Shown piece by piece: positions 37,666 to 46,006 of a stretch of DNA of 64,000 nucleotides; positions within the stretch are counted from its first letter, which is position 1, and each line of letters starts with the position of its first letter. The translations under genes were made by a program, and so were the position numbers. The notes under the pieces were generated by a model. That model worked only from the letters and a program-made list of their open reading frames with translations. It did no database searches and had not been told where the DNA came from. This stretch comes from a virus, in the IMG/VR virus record IMGVR_UViG_3300031566_000016, positions 11,154 through 75,153 of that record; one strand, 5' to 3'.

Positions 37666-38124
37666 TCAGTCTAATTGCCTGATTCTGCGGCGGCCCGGAA
37701 ACTTCCGCGACGAACCTCCATCCGGCACCATCTCCAGCGGCCCCGCCGTGATGATCTTTCGCACCGCGTCCTCAAACCGAAGCCACTGCTCCGTCTTCTC
37801 CTCCGGCCGAAACAGCAGCCGCTTGCGCGCCAACCTCACGATCTCCGCCTCACCCCGCTTCATCGCCGCCCGCCGGCTGGGCAGGTGCTCATCGCCCTCG
37901 CACACGTCGTCCCCGCTCTCGATGTCAATGACGAACAGGTGCCAGCCCCGGTCCTTGTCCCAACTCACGATGGCCTGCAGCCCCTCGTCATTGTCACCCT
38001 CTGGCTTCGGCCCGAGCACCACGTGCCCCAGCGGGTCCTCGTCGAAGCCCTCGTCCAGCCACTCCCACTCGCTGTCCCCGGCTACGAAGCGCCGGATGGC
38101 CTCCGCCCACTGCGCTGGAGTCAT
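37666..38124 (-). CDS. Hypothetical protein
   Basis: ATGA overlap with MTase stop. Confidence 0.6.
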   Translation of the reverse strand: MTPAQWAEAIRRFVAGDSEWEWLDEGFDEDPLGHVVLGPKPEGDNDEGLQAIVSWDKDRGWHLFVIDIESGDDVCEGDEHLPSRRAAMKRGEAEIVRLARKRLLFRPEEKTEQWLRFEDAVRKIITAGPLEMVPDGGSSRKFPGRRRIRQLD

Positions 38125-39635
38125 ACCTCGTCGCCCTCCTCGATCGTGAACTCCATCTGCCCCTCGGGGTCACTCCGTTCCAGGGTCCCGAACAGGTCGC
38201 CTACCATCTTCTCGGGCGGCGACGGGATGGACCGCGGCCGCTTGACGTGCCAGCGTTCAATGCCGCGCCGGGCCATCGCCGCGTACTCTTCGTTGATCTC
38301 ACAGCCGATGAAGCGGCGGCCGTGGCGCAGGGCGACGCGCCCAGTGGTGCCGCTGCCCACGAACGGATCGAGAACGATGCTGGGCACGGTGTCCGCGGTC
38401 GAATTACAGTTGCAGGTTGGGGCGAAGCCGATGGTGGTGACCTTCACGCACGGTCCGTTGCGAATGTCACCAGTCCCCCCGCCACCCTGCAGGCTCTCTC
38501 CCCACTTGCCGACGGGAGCGTTGCCAGACTTGCCGCTGCCGCTTTCGTGGCTGCGTTCCTTCTCCACCATCCGCTGCCACGGGGCCCCGCACTTCGCGCA
38601 TGACTTCTCCGCGCTGGCGGCCAGTATCCCGATCTCCGGCAGCCGCTCCGGGAACGCCGCGAAGTGTCCCTCGCCCAGTGGCTCTGTCTGCACGGCCCAC
38701 ACGCTGCGCGGAGCGCGGGTTCCGGTGGATCGCTTCAGTTCGGTGCCGCCCCCACGGTCGTGACCGTCGCCCCGGTCGTCAACCTGTCCAGGCGCATAGG
38801 GCTTGCGGTTGTCGTCGGGAAATGCTTTTCCCTCAGATACCGCCACCTGGTCGAAGAAGTACGTCGGCTGCTTCGTCAGGAACCACACCGGCTCCTCGCT
38901 CACCGTGAACCTGTCCGCCGCGCTCGACGGCATGACCGACCCTGACCACTCCGGCAGGTACGAGCAGCCCTTCATCCACGAGCAGCGGTTGCGGATGATC
39001 CAGCCGTCGTCAGCCAGCGCGAGTGCGAGGCGCTCCGGCACGAGGCAGAGGGACTTGGGCCGCAGACCGTCCACGCTCTTGGCGCTTCTGCGCCCGCCAC
39101 CGCGGCTCGCCGTCTGCGCCGGATCCCACGTCGCACTGAAGCTCTCGGCGGACTTGGTACGGGTGGGACTGTCACCAAAGTGGTTGTCCGCAATGTTCAG
39201 GAACACGCAGCCGTCGTCCCTCAGCACCCGCCACACCTCACGCATCACCTCCACCAGGTGCGCCACGAACAACTGCGGCGTCGGCTCCGCCCCCAGGCAC
39301 CCGAACCAGGCCCCGCACCGCTGACAGACCTGGCCCTTCTCGGCTCCCCTCGCGTACTGCTCGCCACGCCCGTTCCTGCCCGTGGGCGTCCCGCTGCCGC
39401 CGCGGCTGCTTCCCGGGATGGTGTCGCCCCACTCGTGCTCACACCCCCCCGTCCCATCCCCGCCCCACACCGACGCCGGAGCCTGGTAGTCCCTCAACCC
39501 AAAGTACGGGGGACTCGTGAAGCACACCTGAACGCACCCCACCGGCAGACCGCGCATCGTCTCGCGGCAGTCGCCGACAAGCACCGTGTACCGATCTCCA
39601 CCCAGCACGTCTCTCCCAACTTCTCTCTCTTCCAT
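38121..39635 (-). CDS. Beta-class N4-C/N6-A DNA methyltransferase with Cys-rich insertions
   Basis: TSPPYFGLRDY; HFAAFP; VLDPFVGSGTT; inserts CEH...CQRC and CAKC...CNC. Confidence 0.93.
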   Translation of the reverse strand: MEEREVGRDVLGGDRYTVLVGDCRETMRGLPVGCVQVCFTSPPYFGLRDYQAPASVWGGDGTGGCEHEWGDTIPGSSRGGSGTPTGRNGRGEQYARGAEKGQVCQRCGAWFGCLGAEPTPQLFVAHLVEVMREVWRVLRDDGCVFLNIADNHFGDSPTRTKSAESFSATWDPAQTASRGGGRRSAKSVDGLRPKSLCLVPERLALALADDGWIIRNRCSWMKGCSYLPEWSGSVMPSSAADRFTVSEEPVWFLTKQPTYFFDQVAVSEGKAFPDDNRKPYAPGQVDDRGDGHDRGGGTELKRSTGTRAPRSVWAVQTEPLGEGHFAAFPERLPEIGILAASAEKSCAKCGAPWQRMVEKERSHESGSGKSGNAPVGKWGESLQGGGGTGDIRNGPCVKVTTIGFAPTCNCNSTADTVPSIVLDPFVGSGTTGRVALRHGRRFIGCEINEEYAAMARRGIERWHVKRPRSIPSPPEKMVGDLFGTLERSDPEGQMEFTIEEGDEV

Positions 39636-39910
39636 GGCTATATCTTTACCACCAACCCACCCACCCTGTCAACCCTCCATCCCTCCCACCAACCTTCCAT
39701 TTCCCTAAATCTATATCACCACCATGGAGAAAAACGACATGCTGGGTTTTTTGAGAGTATAAGTCATTGTGCGCGCGACCCCCCAGAGAAAAAGAATGCT
39801 TTCGCGGGCCTGGTGGGGCCTGCCGGCGGCCCTATCCCGCCGATCGGGCACCCGGCCTTCCGAAATGGCGATAACGGAAGGCCCACGACGCACCAGACGG
39901 CCATCCGCCC

Positions 39911-39995
39911 CACCTGCGCCACCAAAGGCGCCCTGATCTCCACCTGGCGCACCTGTCAAGCACCTGCAACGGCCGGCCCAGCGCCACCAAAGGCG
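39911..39995. repeat. Direct repeats in divergent intergenic region
   Basis: GCGCCACCAAAGGCG x2 (39916-39930, 39981-39995); CACCTG x4 (39911, 39941, 39950, 39961). Confidence 0.7.
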
Positions 39996-40266
39996 GTTTC
40001 AACTACCCCCGCGCGCGCGTACGCGCGTAAGGTATCTAGAACACCCTAGGGGACGGAGGCCGTAAGGCCGTAAGAGTCTGGGAGGAGGTTACTAAGTATC
40101 ATATACTCAAGTCAACAGTCGTTCAGCCGTATAAGTTGGAGCGAGTTCAGGGCAGCATCAGGCGAAGGATCATAGGAGAAACGGCAACGTCAACGCTAGG
40201 CATGGAGGTGTTAGATACATACGGGCGCGCGTGCGCGAGAGGATAGAAGGGGGAGTTTGCTACGAG

Positions 40267-40313
40267 TATACGTAGTTAAATATACGTAGAAGTACGTACA
40301 TAAATATACGTAG
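40267..40313. repeat. TACGTA palindrome array (candidate operators)
   Basis: TAAATATACGTAG x2 (40277, 40301); TACGTA at 40269, 40283, 40293, 40307. Confidence 0.75.
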
Positions 40314-40321
40314 TTTTGGCA

Positions 40322-40350
40322 TTGACACAGGTTTTATGGGGAAGTATAGT
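40322..40350 (+). promoter_or_regulatory. Strong sigma70-like promoter of rightward operon
   Basis: TTGACA-17 bp-TATAGT with AT-rich upstream region. Confidence 0.85.
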
Positions 40351-40389
40351 GGGCAAGTCGGGCGGGATAAAAGAGACAGAGAAGGTGGC

Positions 40390-40575
40390 ATGATGATACG
40401 GAACCTGCTGAACCTGCTTGAGGACCTGAAGTACCGCGTCTTGTGCGTAGTGTTCCCGTTGGGCGACCTTGGTGTGCACGAGGTTGACTTGAGGCTGTGC
40501 GCGCCCCATGGCACGCCCTGCTGTGAGAATGAGGAGGAGGTGCTGGCAGAGGTGCTGACGAGCTGGAATGTGTGA
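40390..40575 (+). CDS. Hypothetical protein
   Basis: GAAGGTGG RBS; first ORF after promoter. Confidence 0.55.
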   Translation: MMIRNLLNLLEDLKYRVLCVVFPLGDLGVHEVDLRLCAPHGTPCCENEEEVLAEVLTSWNV

Positions 40576-40649
40576 ACCCAGACTCGGCCGCGGGGAGGCG
40601 GCCGCGATGTGGGCTCACCAAACAGACGGGAAGCGAAAGGGCGAACATC

Positions 40650-40916
40650 ATGGCGATTGCGCCGAGCAACTATGACATCCTCGTTGACCGCAGAACGAAG
40701 CTGTTCCGCAAGGCGAAGCGGAATCCCCAGACGGCGCCGAGCATGTTGCGCGAGTGGCAGCTCTACCTGCAGGCATTGATGCTCTTCCGCCGCGGTCAAC
40801 GGGGCTGTGAGTTTCGGGTTCCGCAGATGACGGCAAGCGGCAAGCCGGCGGGTTGCGGTTCGTGTGGGGGAAGTTGTGCGAAGTGCCTGGCATTCATGGC
40901 GCGCATTCCAGGTTAG
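40650..40916 (+). CDS. Small basic protein with CxxC-GG-CxxC-like tail
   Basis: GAAAGGG RBS; CGSCGGSCAKC. Confidence 0.55.
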   Translation: MAIAPSNYDILVDRRTKLFRKAKRNPQTAPSMLREWQLYLQALMLFRRGQRGCEFRVPQMTASGKPAGCGSCGGSCAKCLAFMARIPG

Positions 40917-40997
40917 TGACGACCACCGCTCTTCCCTTGGCGCTCGCCCAAGGGAGGTGTGACGGCCGCACCAAACAGACGGAGGACGGTGGCAGCT

Positions 40998-41243
40998 ATG
41001 GCGAAGGCAATCACGAAGGGCGCAAGGGACCTGAATTCGCAGGCGTTGCTTTGGTGGGGTTTCCGTTGGGTCGGCAAGCTGGCGCGCTATGATGTTTGGG
41101 AGGGTTCCGGCCTTATCATCTACACTTCTCCCGCGCGCACCATGAGAGCGTTGAATAGCGCCCACGACCACGCCTGCGAGAATATCACGAGTGACTTCCG
41201 TAAGTGCGTTGCCGACGCGCATGAGCTCATGGCGGAAGCGTGA
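40998..41243 (+). CDS. Hypothetical protein
   Basis: GGAGG RBS. Confidence 0.55.
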   Translation: MAKAITKGARDLNSQALLWWGFRWVGKLARYDVWEGSGLIIYTSPARTMRALNSAHDHACENITSDFRKCVADAHELMAEA

Positions 41244-41338
41244 CCTGCGACTTCTGCGGGCCCGGCCCGGCCTGACGGCCAGAGGCCCGGTTCGTAGAGG
41301 TGGCCGGTTCCCCAAACGAAGGGCAGGAGGCGTTGACC

Positions 41339-41536
41339 GTGACGACAGACCAGAAGGCGATAGCACGAAGTTACAGTCCAGCGACGAGGAACTGCGGCGG
41401 AGGGGCGAGGGCGGCCGCGGCATTCTACATCGGGGAGGCGCAGGAGTGCCGGGCGCAGGGCTTCCCGAGTGACGCGCGGCGGCTACTCAGAAGCGCGAGT
41501 CACGCGAGCCACCGGGCACTGCCGTTGCCGGGTTAG
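41339..41536 (+). CDS. Hypothetical protein
   Basis: AGGAGG RBS, GTG start. Confidence 0.55.
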   Translation: MTTDQKAIARSYSPATRNCGGGARAAAAFYIGEAQECRAQGFPSDARRLLRSASHASHRALPLPG

Positions 41537-41579
41537 GCGAACACGGCCAGACGGCCCATAGCCGAGGAGGCTTGAGCAG

Positions 41580-41699
41580 ATGAGACAGGCACTCGATTCG
41601 TTCCTCGTGCTCCTCGGCGTTATGGCGGCGGAGGTCGTGGTGGTGGCCGGCAGCTTCGGCCTGATATGGGCGGCGGCGCGGTTGTTCGGCGGGCACTAG
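41580..41699 (+). CDS. 39-aa single-TM peptide
   Basis: Not in ORF track: MRQALDSFLVLLGVMAAEVVVVAGSFGLIWAAARLFGGH; AGGAGG RBS. Confidence 0.6.
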   Translation: MRQALDSFLVLLGVMAAEVVVVAGSFGLIWAAARLFGGH

Positions 41700-41746
41700 G
41701 CGGACCCCGAGGCTTCGGCCCGGCACAATGGCAGGAGGCTTAGATC

Positions 41747-41902
41747 ATGGCGAGAGAGACACAATGGGCGGCAGTTTCCCCGGAGGAATTGGCCGAGGCG
41801 GAAGCCCGTTCCGAGGCAAAGAGGAAAGCGGCAGTGGCAGAGGCGGCAGAGAAGCGCCGGAAGCTCGTGGAGCGGTATTGGAAGGCCGGGGCGTCATTGT
41901 AG
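41747..41902 (+). CDS. 51-aa helical protein
   Basis: Not in ORF track: MARETQWAAVSPEELAEAEARSEAKRKAAV...; AGGAGG + AGATCATG. Confidence 0.6.
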   Translation: MARETQWAAVSPEELAEAEARSEAKRKAAVAEAAEKRRKLVERYWKAGASL

Positions 41903-42012
41903 GCCCCGAGGTGAGGGGAAGTCCCACAATGGGGCGCGACGGGCCTTAGATCAACGTACAGGCCCGGCAGCGGGCACAATAGCGGGGCGCGGCCCCGAGG
42001 AGGCAGGACAGA

Positions 42013-42231
42013 ATGGCGAACACAGTAGATTTGGAGAAGCTGGCCGCAGAGCTTGAGCATTGCGCGTGGCAGAGCGAAGCGACCGCGACGGTGGGCAGGA
42101 CGAACAAGGAGAAGCGGGCACACTGGCGAGGCCGGGCGGACGCATTCCGTCAGACCGCGCGGGAGATTCGAAGCATAGCGGACGGAACGGCCCCTCCCGC
42201 GCTCTTTCCCTCGGTTGCCCGCAAGACCTGA
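42013..42231 (+). CDS. Hypothetical protein
   Basis: Repeat-associated AGGAGG RBS. Confidence 0.65.
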   Translation: MANTVDLEKLAAELEHCAWQSEATATVGRTNKEKRAHWRGRADAFRQTAREIRSIADGTAPPALFPSVARKT

Positions 42232-42325
42232 GCACGGGCGCAGATCGGCAGGCGCACCGAGCCGGGCGGACCCCGGCAACGACGGCAGCGAGCTGCGGCC
42301 GTACAGCTAAGAGGAGGCGAGGCAG

Positions 42326-42526
42326 ATGCAACAGGGCGACAAAGTGAAGGTTTCGGCGAAGTTCATGCGGGAGGCGGGGCTCCCCCGATGGGAGGGAGCG
42401 ATCGACACCGTGGAGGAGGTCGGCGAGGGCGAGCGCAAAGGGCTTGTGCGCGTAAAGTGGGACCGTGGCGAAGACGCCTTCGCATGGTGGCGGCGAAGCA
42501 GCCTGCAGAAGGTGGCGGCACCGTAG
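42326..42526 (+). CDS. Small SH3-like beta-barrel protein
   Basis: GDKVKV...G.IDTV...VRVKWD...SLQKV. Confidence 0.6.
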   Translation: MQQGDKVKVSAKFMREAGLPRWEGAIDTVEEVGEGERKGLVRVKWDRGEDAFAWWRRSSLQKVAAP

Positions 42527-42610
42527 GCGCACCAGGGGGACAACCTGAAAGGCGGCAGATCATGGACAAGCAGACGGCCCGGCAGCGGGCACAATCAGGA
42601 GGCGGTTACG

Positions 42611-42799
42611 GTGACACAGGCGCAGAAGGCGGACCTTGAGTTTTACCAAGGGGAGGCGCGGCGGCACTTGGCGGAGGGCAATCAGCGGGAGGCCCTGGGG
42701 TGCTACATCCTGGGGCGGGACCTGGCCGGGCTTCCGGTGGCGGACCAGACCCGGCGGGACTATGGGAACAAGCTGCAGGCGGAACTGGCGCGCAAGTAG
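42611..42799 (+). CDS. Hypothetical protein
   Basis: Repeat-associated AGGAGG RBS. Confidence 0.6.
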   Translation: MTQAQKADLEFYQGEARRHLAEGNQREALGCYILGRDLAGLPVADQTRRDYGNKLQAELARK

Positions 42800-42839
42800 G
42801 CGGGCATAATAGCGGGGCACGGCCCCGAGGAGGCAGATC

Positions 42840-43058
42840 ATGCAAGACACCAAGATCATCCTGACTGACGAGAATCTGGCGCTCGTGCTGGCGGCCCTGC
42901 GCGCCTATCAGATTCACCTGACCGGCAAGCTGGCGGACACGGGACAGGTGGAGGGCATCGCAAGCATCGCCACAATGGACGGCCACTACCCGGCGCCCAC
43001 ACCCGAGGACGTGGACGAGTTCGCGGAGAGGCTGAACACAGGGTACTACGACGTTTGA
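42840..43058 (+). CDS. Hypothetical acidic protein
   Basis: Repeat-associated RBS + AGATCATG. Confidence 0.65.
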   Translation: MQDTKIILTDENLALVLAALRAYQIHLTGKLADTGQVEGIASIATMDGHYPAPTPEDVDEFAERLNTGYYDV

Positions 43059-43119
43059 CCGGCCCCACCACAGGCGGACCCGGGCGGCAGGCCCGGCACA
43101 CGACGGCAGGAGGCAGATC

Positions 43120-44049
43120 ATGGTACAGACAGCGCAAAGCGAGCACGTAATATCGCGGCTGGCGCAGGTTCTCGGTGAGGGTTGGACGGCGGTTCCCTTC
43201 AGCGGTTCCGGCGATGGGCAGTTGACCGGGCCGGGCGGGGAAAAGGTCTGGGTCAAGCTGTACCTCGGGGAGGCGTCATTGCACATTGACCTGCAGGACG
43301 GCGCGGAGGCCCCGACCATTCGGCAGCGCGTCACGAACGGCGAGGCCCTTGACTTCATGGCGCAGGCTATCGCGGAGGCCTTCCCGGTTTGGGCGGAGGC
43401 CCACAAGCAGGACCTCCGGCGGCAGAAGGAACTGCCGGGGGCGCAGGAGGCTTTCGCCCGTGCGGTCGCGGATCACCTGGGCGAGGGTTGGAGCGGGGGC
43501 GTAGAAGGCTACTGGAATAGCCTCAAGGTGTACGTGACGAAGGGGGACCTGCGGATTCAGTGGCAGCCGGTGGGGTTCGCGCCGAAGGGGGCTGACAAGC
43601 TGGCCGAGAGGCTTAACCTGTCGGCCTTCGGCGGCCCGTCTATCACGGTTTCCAGCAAGCGCACGGCGAAGGCAGTGGCGAGCGAAATCACGCGGCGCCT
43701 GTTGCCCGGCTACCTCGCGGACCTGCAGGCGGCAGATGAGGAGAAGGCCCGGCACAAGCAGGCCGTGGCGGACGTAGTAAAGATCGTGGCCCTCGTGGAG
43801 AAACACGGGGCGGCATTCAAGCCCTTTGTTCGCGGCTACAACCAGGACCACACCGGCGAGACGGTAGATGTAGACCTGAGCGCATTCGACCTCGGCGGGG
43901 CTACACTCCACGGGGAGGCGCAGTGCCGCGCGGGCGGAGCGTACCTGAAGATCGAGGTGGGCAAGTTGGACGCGGCGGGGCTCAAGATCATGTTGGGGGC
44001 GCTGGCCAAGGCCGCGGCGAAGCTGGCCCCCGCGGAAGGTGATGAGTAG
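43120..44049 (+). CDS. Hypothetical protein with internal duplication
   Basis: LAQVLGEGW / VADHLGEGW repeated module; RBS + AGATCATG. Confidence 0.7.
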   Translation: MVQTAQSEHVISRLAQVLGEGWTAVPFSGSGDGQLTGPGGEKVWVKLYLGEASLHIDLQDGAEAPTIRQRVTNGEALDFMAQAIAEAFPVWAEAHKQDLRRQKELPGAQEAFARAVADHLGEGWSGGVEGYWNSLKVYVTKGDLRIQWQPVGFAPKGADKLAERLNLSAFGGPSITVSSKRTAKAVASEITRRLLPGYLADLQAADEEKARHKQAVADVVKIVALVEKHGAAFKPFVRGYNQDHTGETVDVDLSAFDLGGATLHGEAQCRAGGAYLKIEVGKLDAAGLKIMLGALAKAAAKLAPAEGDE

Positions 44050-44159
44050 CGGCCCGGTGCCTTCGTCCTGTGCCGGGCCGCGCGCTGGCGGCTGCGGCGC
44101 AGGAGGGCGGCACACGCCCGGCAGGCGCACCAATCGGCGCACCAGGAGGCAGGCAGATC

Positions 44160-44417
44160 ATGGGTTACTTGAGAGTACAGATCATCACGAACGGTACGCC
44201 CTGCGACGTGAAGGACTTGACGGCAGAGGGCTTGCACGAAGCGGCGCACCAGGCGCGGAGGCTGGCCGATGAGTGCGAGGAACGGGAGGCGGAACTAGCC
44301 GACGAGGAGGCGGCAGGGGACAACCTGAACGCCGCGGAGAAGGCGCACTGCCCGTCCTGTGGGCACCCGGTTCCCCTCTGCACCTGCGAGCCGGTGACGG
44401 ACCCGCAGGAGGCCTGA
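44160..44417 (+). CDS. Acidic protein with C-terminal Cys cluster
   Basis: CPSCG...CTC; RBS + AGATCATG. Confidence 0.6.
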   Translation: MGYLRVQIITNGTPCDVKDLTAEGLHEAAHQARRLADECEEREAELADEEAAGDNLNAAEKAHCPSCGHPVPLCTCEPVTDPQEA

Positions 44418-44501
44418 CCCCTGCGCTGTGGCGGGCCTGTGACGGGCTGCGCCACACCGGAGGGGCTTGTGCCCCCACAATCGCTCAGGAGGCGAGAGAT
44501 C

Positions 44502-44669
44502 ATGTCACAGAAGGCGCTGCAGGTGAAGTTCAAGGTACAGCATTTCGACCGGAAGCGGTCGGCGGCGGCGAAGGCGCAGGACTGCGAGCTGCGGCAGGCG
44601 CGGCGGGCCGTGGGGCGCGGGGTGCTCCCGGCGGTCCCGGCGGACGACGCGGGGGAGGTGGCCATGTGA
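44502..44669 (+). CDS. Hypothetical protein
   Basis: AGGAGG + AGATCATG. Confidence 0.55.
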   Translation: MSQKALQVKFKVQHFDRKRSAAAKAQDCELRQARRAVGRGVLPAVPADDAGEVAM

Positions 44670-44839
44670 CGACCTCCCCCACAATCCGGCACCTGCAGGC
44701 CCGGTGCCTGCGGAACGCGGCGCAACTCGCGGGGGACCGGCGGGAGCGGCGGCGGCTGCGGGCAGAGGCGGCGCGGGTATCGGCAGGGCAGGGCGTGCTC
44801 GTCACGCCACAATGCGACGCACAGGAGGCAGGACGATGA
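44666..44839 (+). CDS. Hypothetical Arg-rich protein
   Basis: GTGA and ATGA overlaps; GGAGGT RBS. Confidence 0.45.
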   Translation: MTTSPTIRHLQARCLRNAAQLAGDRRERRRLRAEAARVSAGQGVLVTPQCDAQEAGR

Positions 44840-45093
44840 GACTGGCAACCGTAAATGCGAAGTTACTTGATGTGCAGATCGTGAAGGCCGGGCGGCGATA
44901 CGCCGTTGCCTACAAAGAGCGGGGGAGTTGGAACGTGTACTGCAACGGCGGCGGATGGGGGACGGGCATCACGCCTGAGCAGGCACTCGTGGGGGCATAC
45001 TACGACAAGTCAAAGCCGGTGCTGTTTGACACCATCGGGGACGCGCTAATAGCGGCCAAGTATGATGCGCCAGAGGAGGCCCCGAATGTCTGA
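44836..45093 (+). CDS. Hypothetical protein
   Basis: AGGAGG RBS. Confidence 0.6.
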   Translation: MRLATVNAKLLDVQIVKAGRRYAVAYKERGSWNVYCNGGGWGTGITPEQALVGAYYDKSKPVLFDTIGDALIAAKYDAPEEAPNV

Positions 45094-45295
45094 GCAGATC
45101 ATCATTTCCAGGAAGGGCTGGACAAGCAAGACGTACCTGATACCACGGGTGCCCGGATACTTCTCCGACTCGTTCTCAAACTGGAGATCCCAGGCGCGCG
45201 TCTTCTCCACAATGCCCGAGGCGGAGGCTGCACTTGACCGGCTGATGCGCGCCGGTATCACAGACGCCAGAATCGAGGTGGAGTCCCATGACTGA
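45086..45295 (+). CDS. Hypothetical protein
   Basis: AGGAGG RBS; MSEQI start. Confidence 0.6.
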   Translation: MSEQIIISRKGWTSKTYLIPRVPGYFSDSFSNWRSQARVFSTMPEAEAALDRLMRAGITDARIEVESHD

Positions 45296-45509
45296 GCAGA
45301 TCACACAACAGCAGCGCGTGGCCGGCGCGGCCGCCCTGGCCGACTCCGCAGAGAGACAACTGCGCGAGCGCAAGGACTGGCGCAAGCACCCCACAATGCT
45401 CAAGTTTATGGAGTCGCAGGCGGCGCGGCTCCGCCACCGGGCAACCGGAATCGCTGAGGGCTGGTGGAACTCGGATATGGAGGCGGCTTCCCATGTCAGC
45501 TTCGCCTGA
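45288..45509 (+). CDS. Hypothetical protein
   Basis: GAGGTGG RBS; MTEQI start. Confidence 0.6.
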   Translation: MTEQITQQQRVAGAAALADSAERQLRERKDWRKHPTMLKFMESQAARLRHRATGIAEGWWNSDMEAASHVSFA

Positions 45510-45777
45510 GCAGATCACAGAACTTCCGACGACCGCTGAAGAGTGCGAGCGGTACAACAACCCGACGAATGACGAACTGCGGCAGATCGCCCGCTCCTAC
45601 ATCGGCGACGACCCCGACCGCATCGAACGCATGGTGGAGTCCTACCGGGCCGGGGGACGCCTGCGGCAAACGCTGGACAGCTACGCGGCGGCGGGGATCA
45701 AGGGCGGGCTACCAGGGCTTGAGGCAAAGATCAAGGCGTCATGCGACGCCCGGGCGAGAGGCAGGCGATCCCGATGA
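45493..45777 (+). CDS. Hypothetical protein
   Basis: GGAGG RBS; PEQI near start. Confidence 0.6.
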   Translation: MSASPEQITELPTTAEECERYNNPTNDELRQIARSYIGDDPDRIERMVESYRAGGRLRQTLDSYAAAGIKGGLPGLEAKIKASCDARARGRRSR

Positions 45778-45995
45778 CCTGGACCTGCACCACCTGCGGC
45801 GCCGTCCTGGCGAACCCGGCCGAGGTACAGGATCACTACTACACCGTTGACCTGGACGACGAGGGGCACGACCACTTCCGCAGTCCCGGCGGCGTGGTCT
45901 ACAAGGAGACCGCGGACGGGCTCAATCCGCTGGAGCCACAACCGGCCCCCGAGGCCGTGACGGTGGACCTGCGGCAGCTCGCGCTGGCAATCTGA
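45774..45995 (+). CDS. Small C2H2-like protein
   Basis: WTCTTCG...DH; ATGA overlap. Confidence 0.55.
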   Translation: MTWTCTTCGAVLANPAEVQDHYYTVDLDDEGHDHFRSPGGVVYKETADGLNPLEPQPAPEAVTVDLRQLALAI

Positions 45996-46006
45996 GGAGG
46001 TAGATC

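Noticed and set aside
1-39635. Many long plus-strand ORFs in the track (e.g. 18024..19364, 26145..27764)
   Set aside because: Antisense shadows of motif-bearing minus-strand genes in high-GC DNA; Arg/Pro/His-rich, no RBS
39640-39672. Firm promoter call for the MTase operon
   Set aside because: TTGACA present but the -10 (TAAAGA) is poor; a second TTGACA at 39954-39959 also lacks a -10
40260-41423. 387-aa minus-strand ORF as a repressor
   Set aside because: No HTH; antisense to RBS-supported plus-strand genes and runs through the promoter
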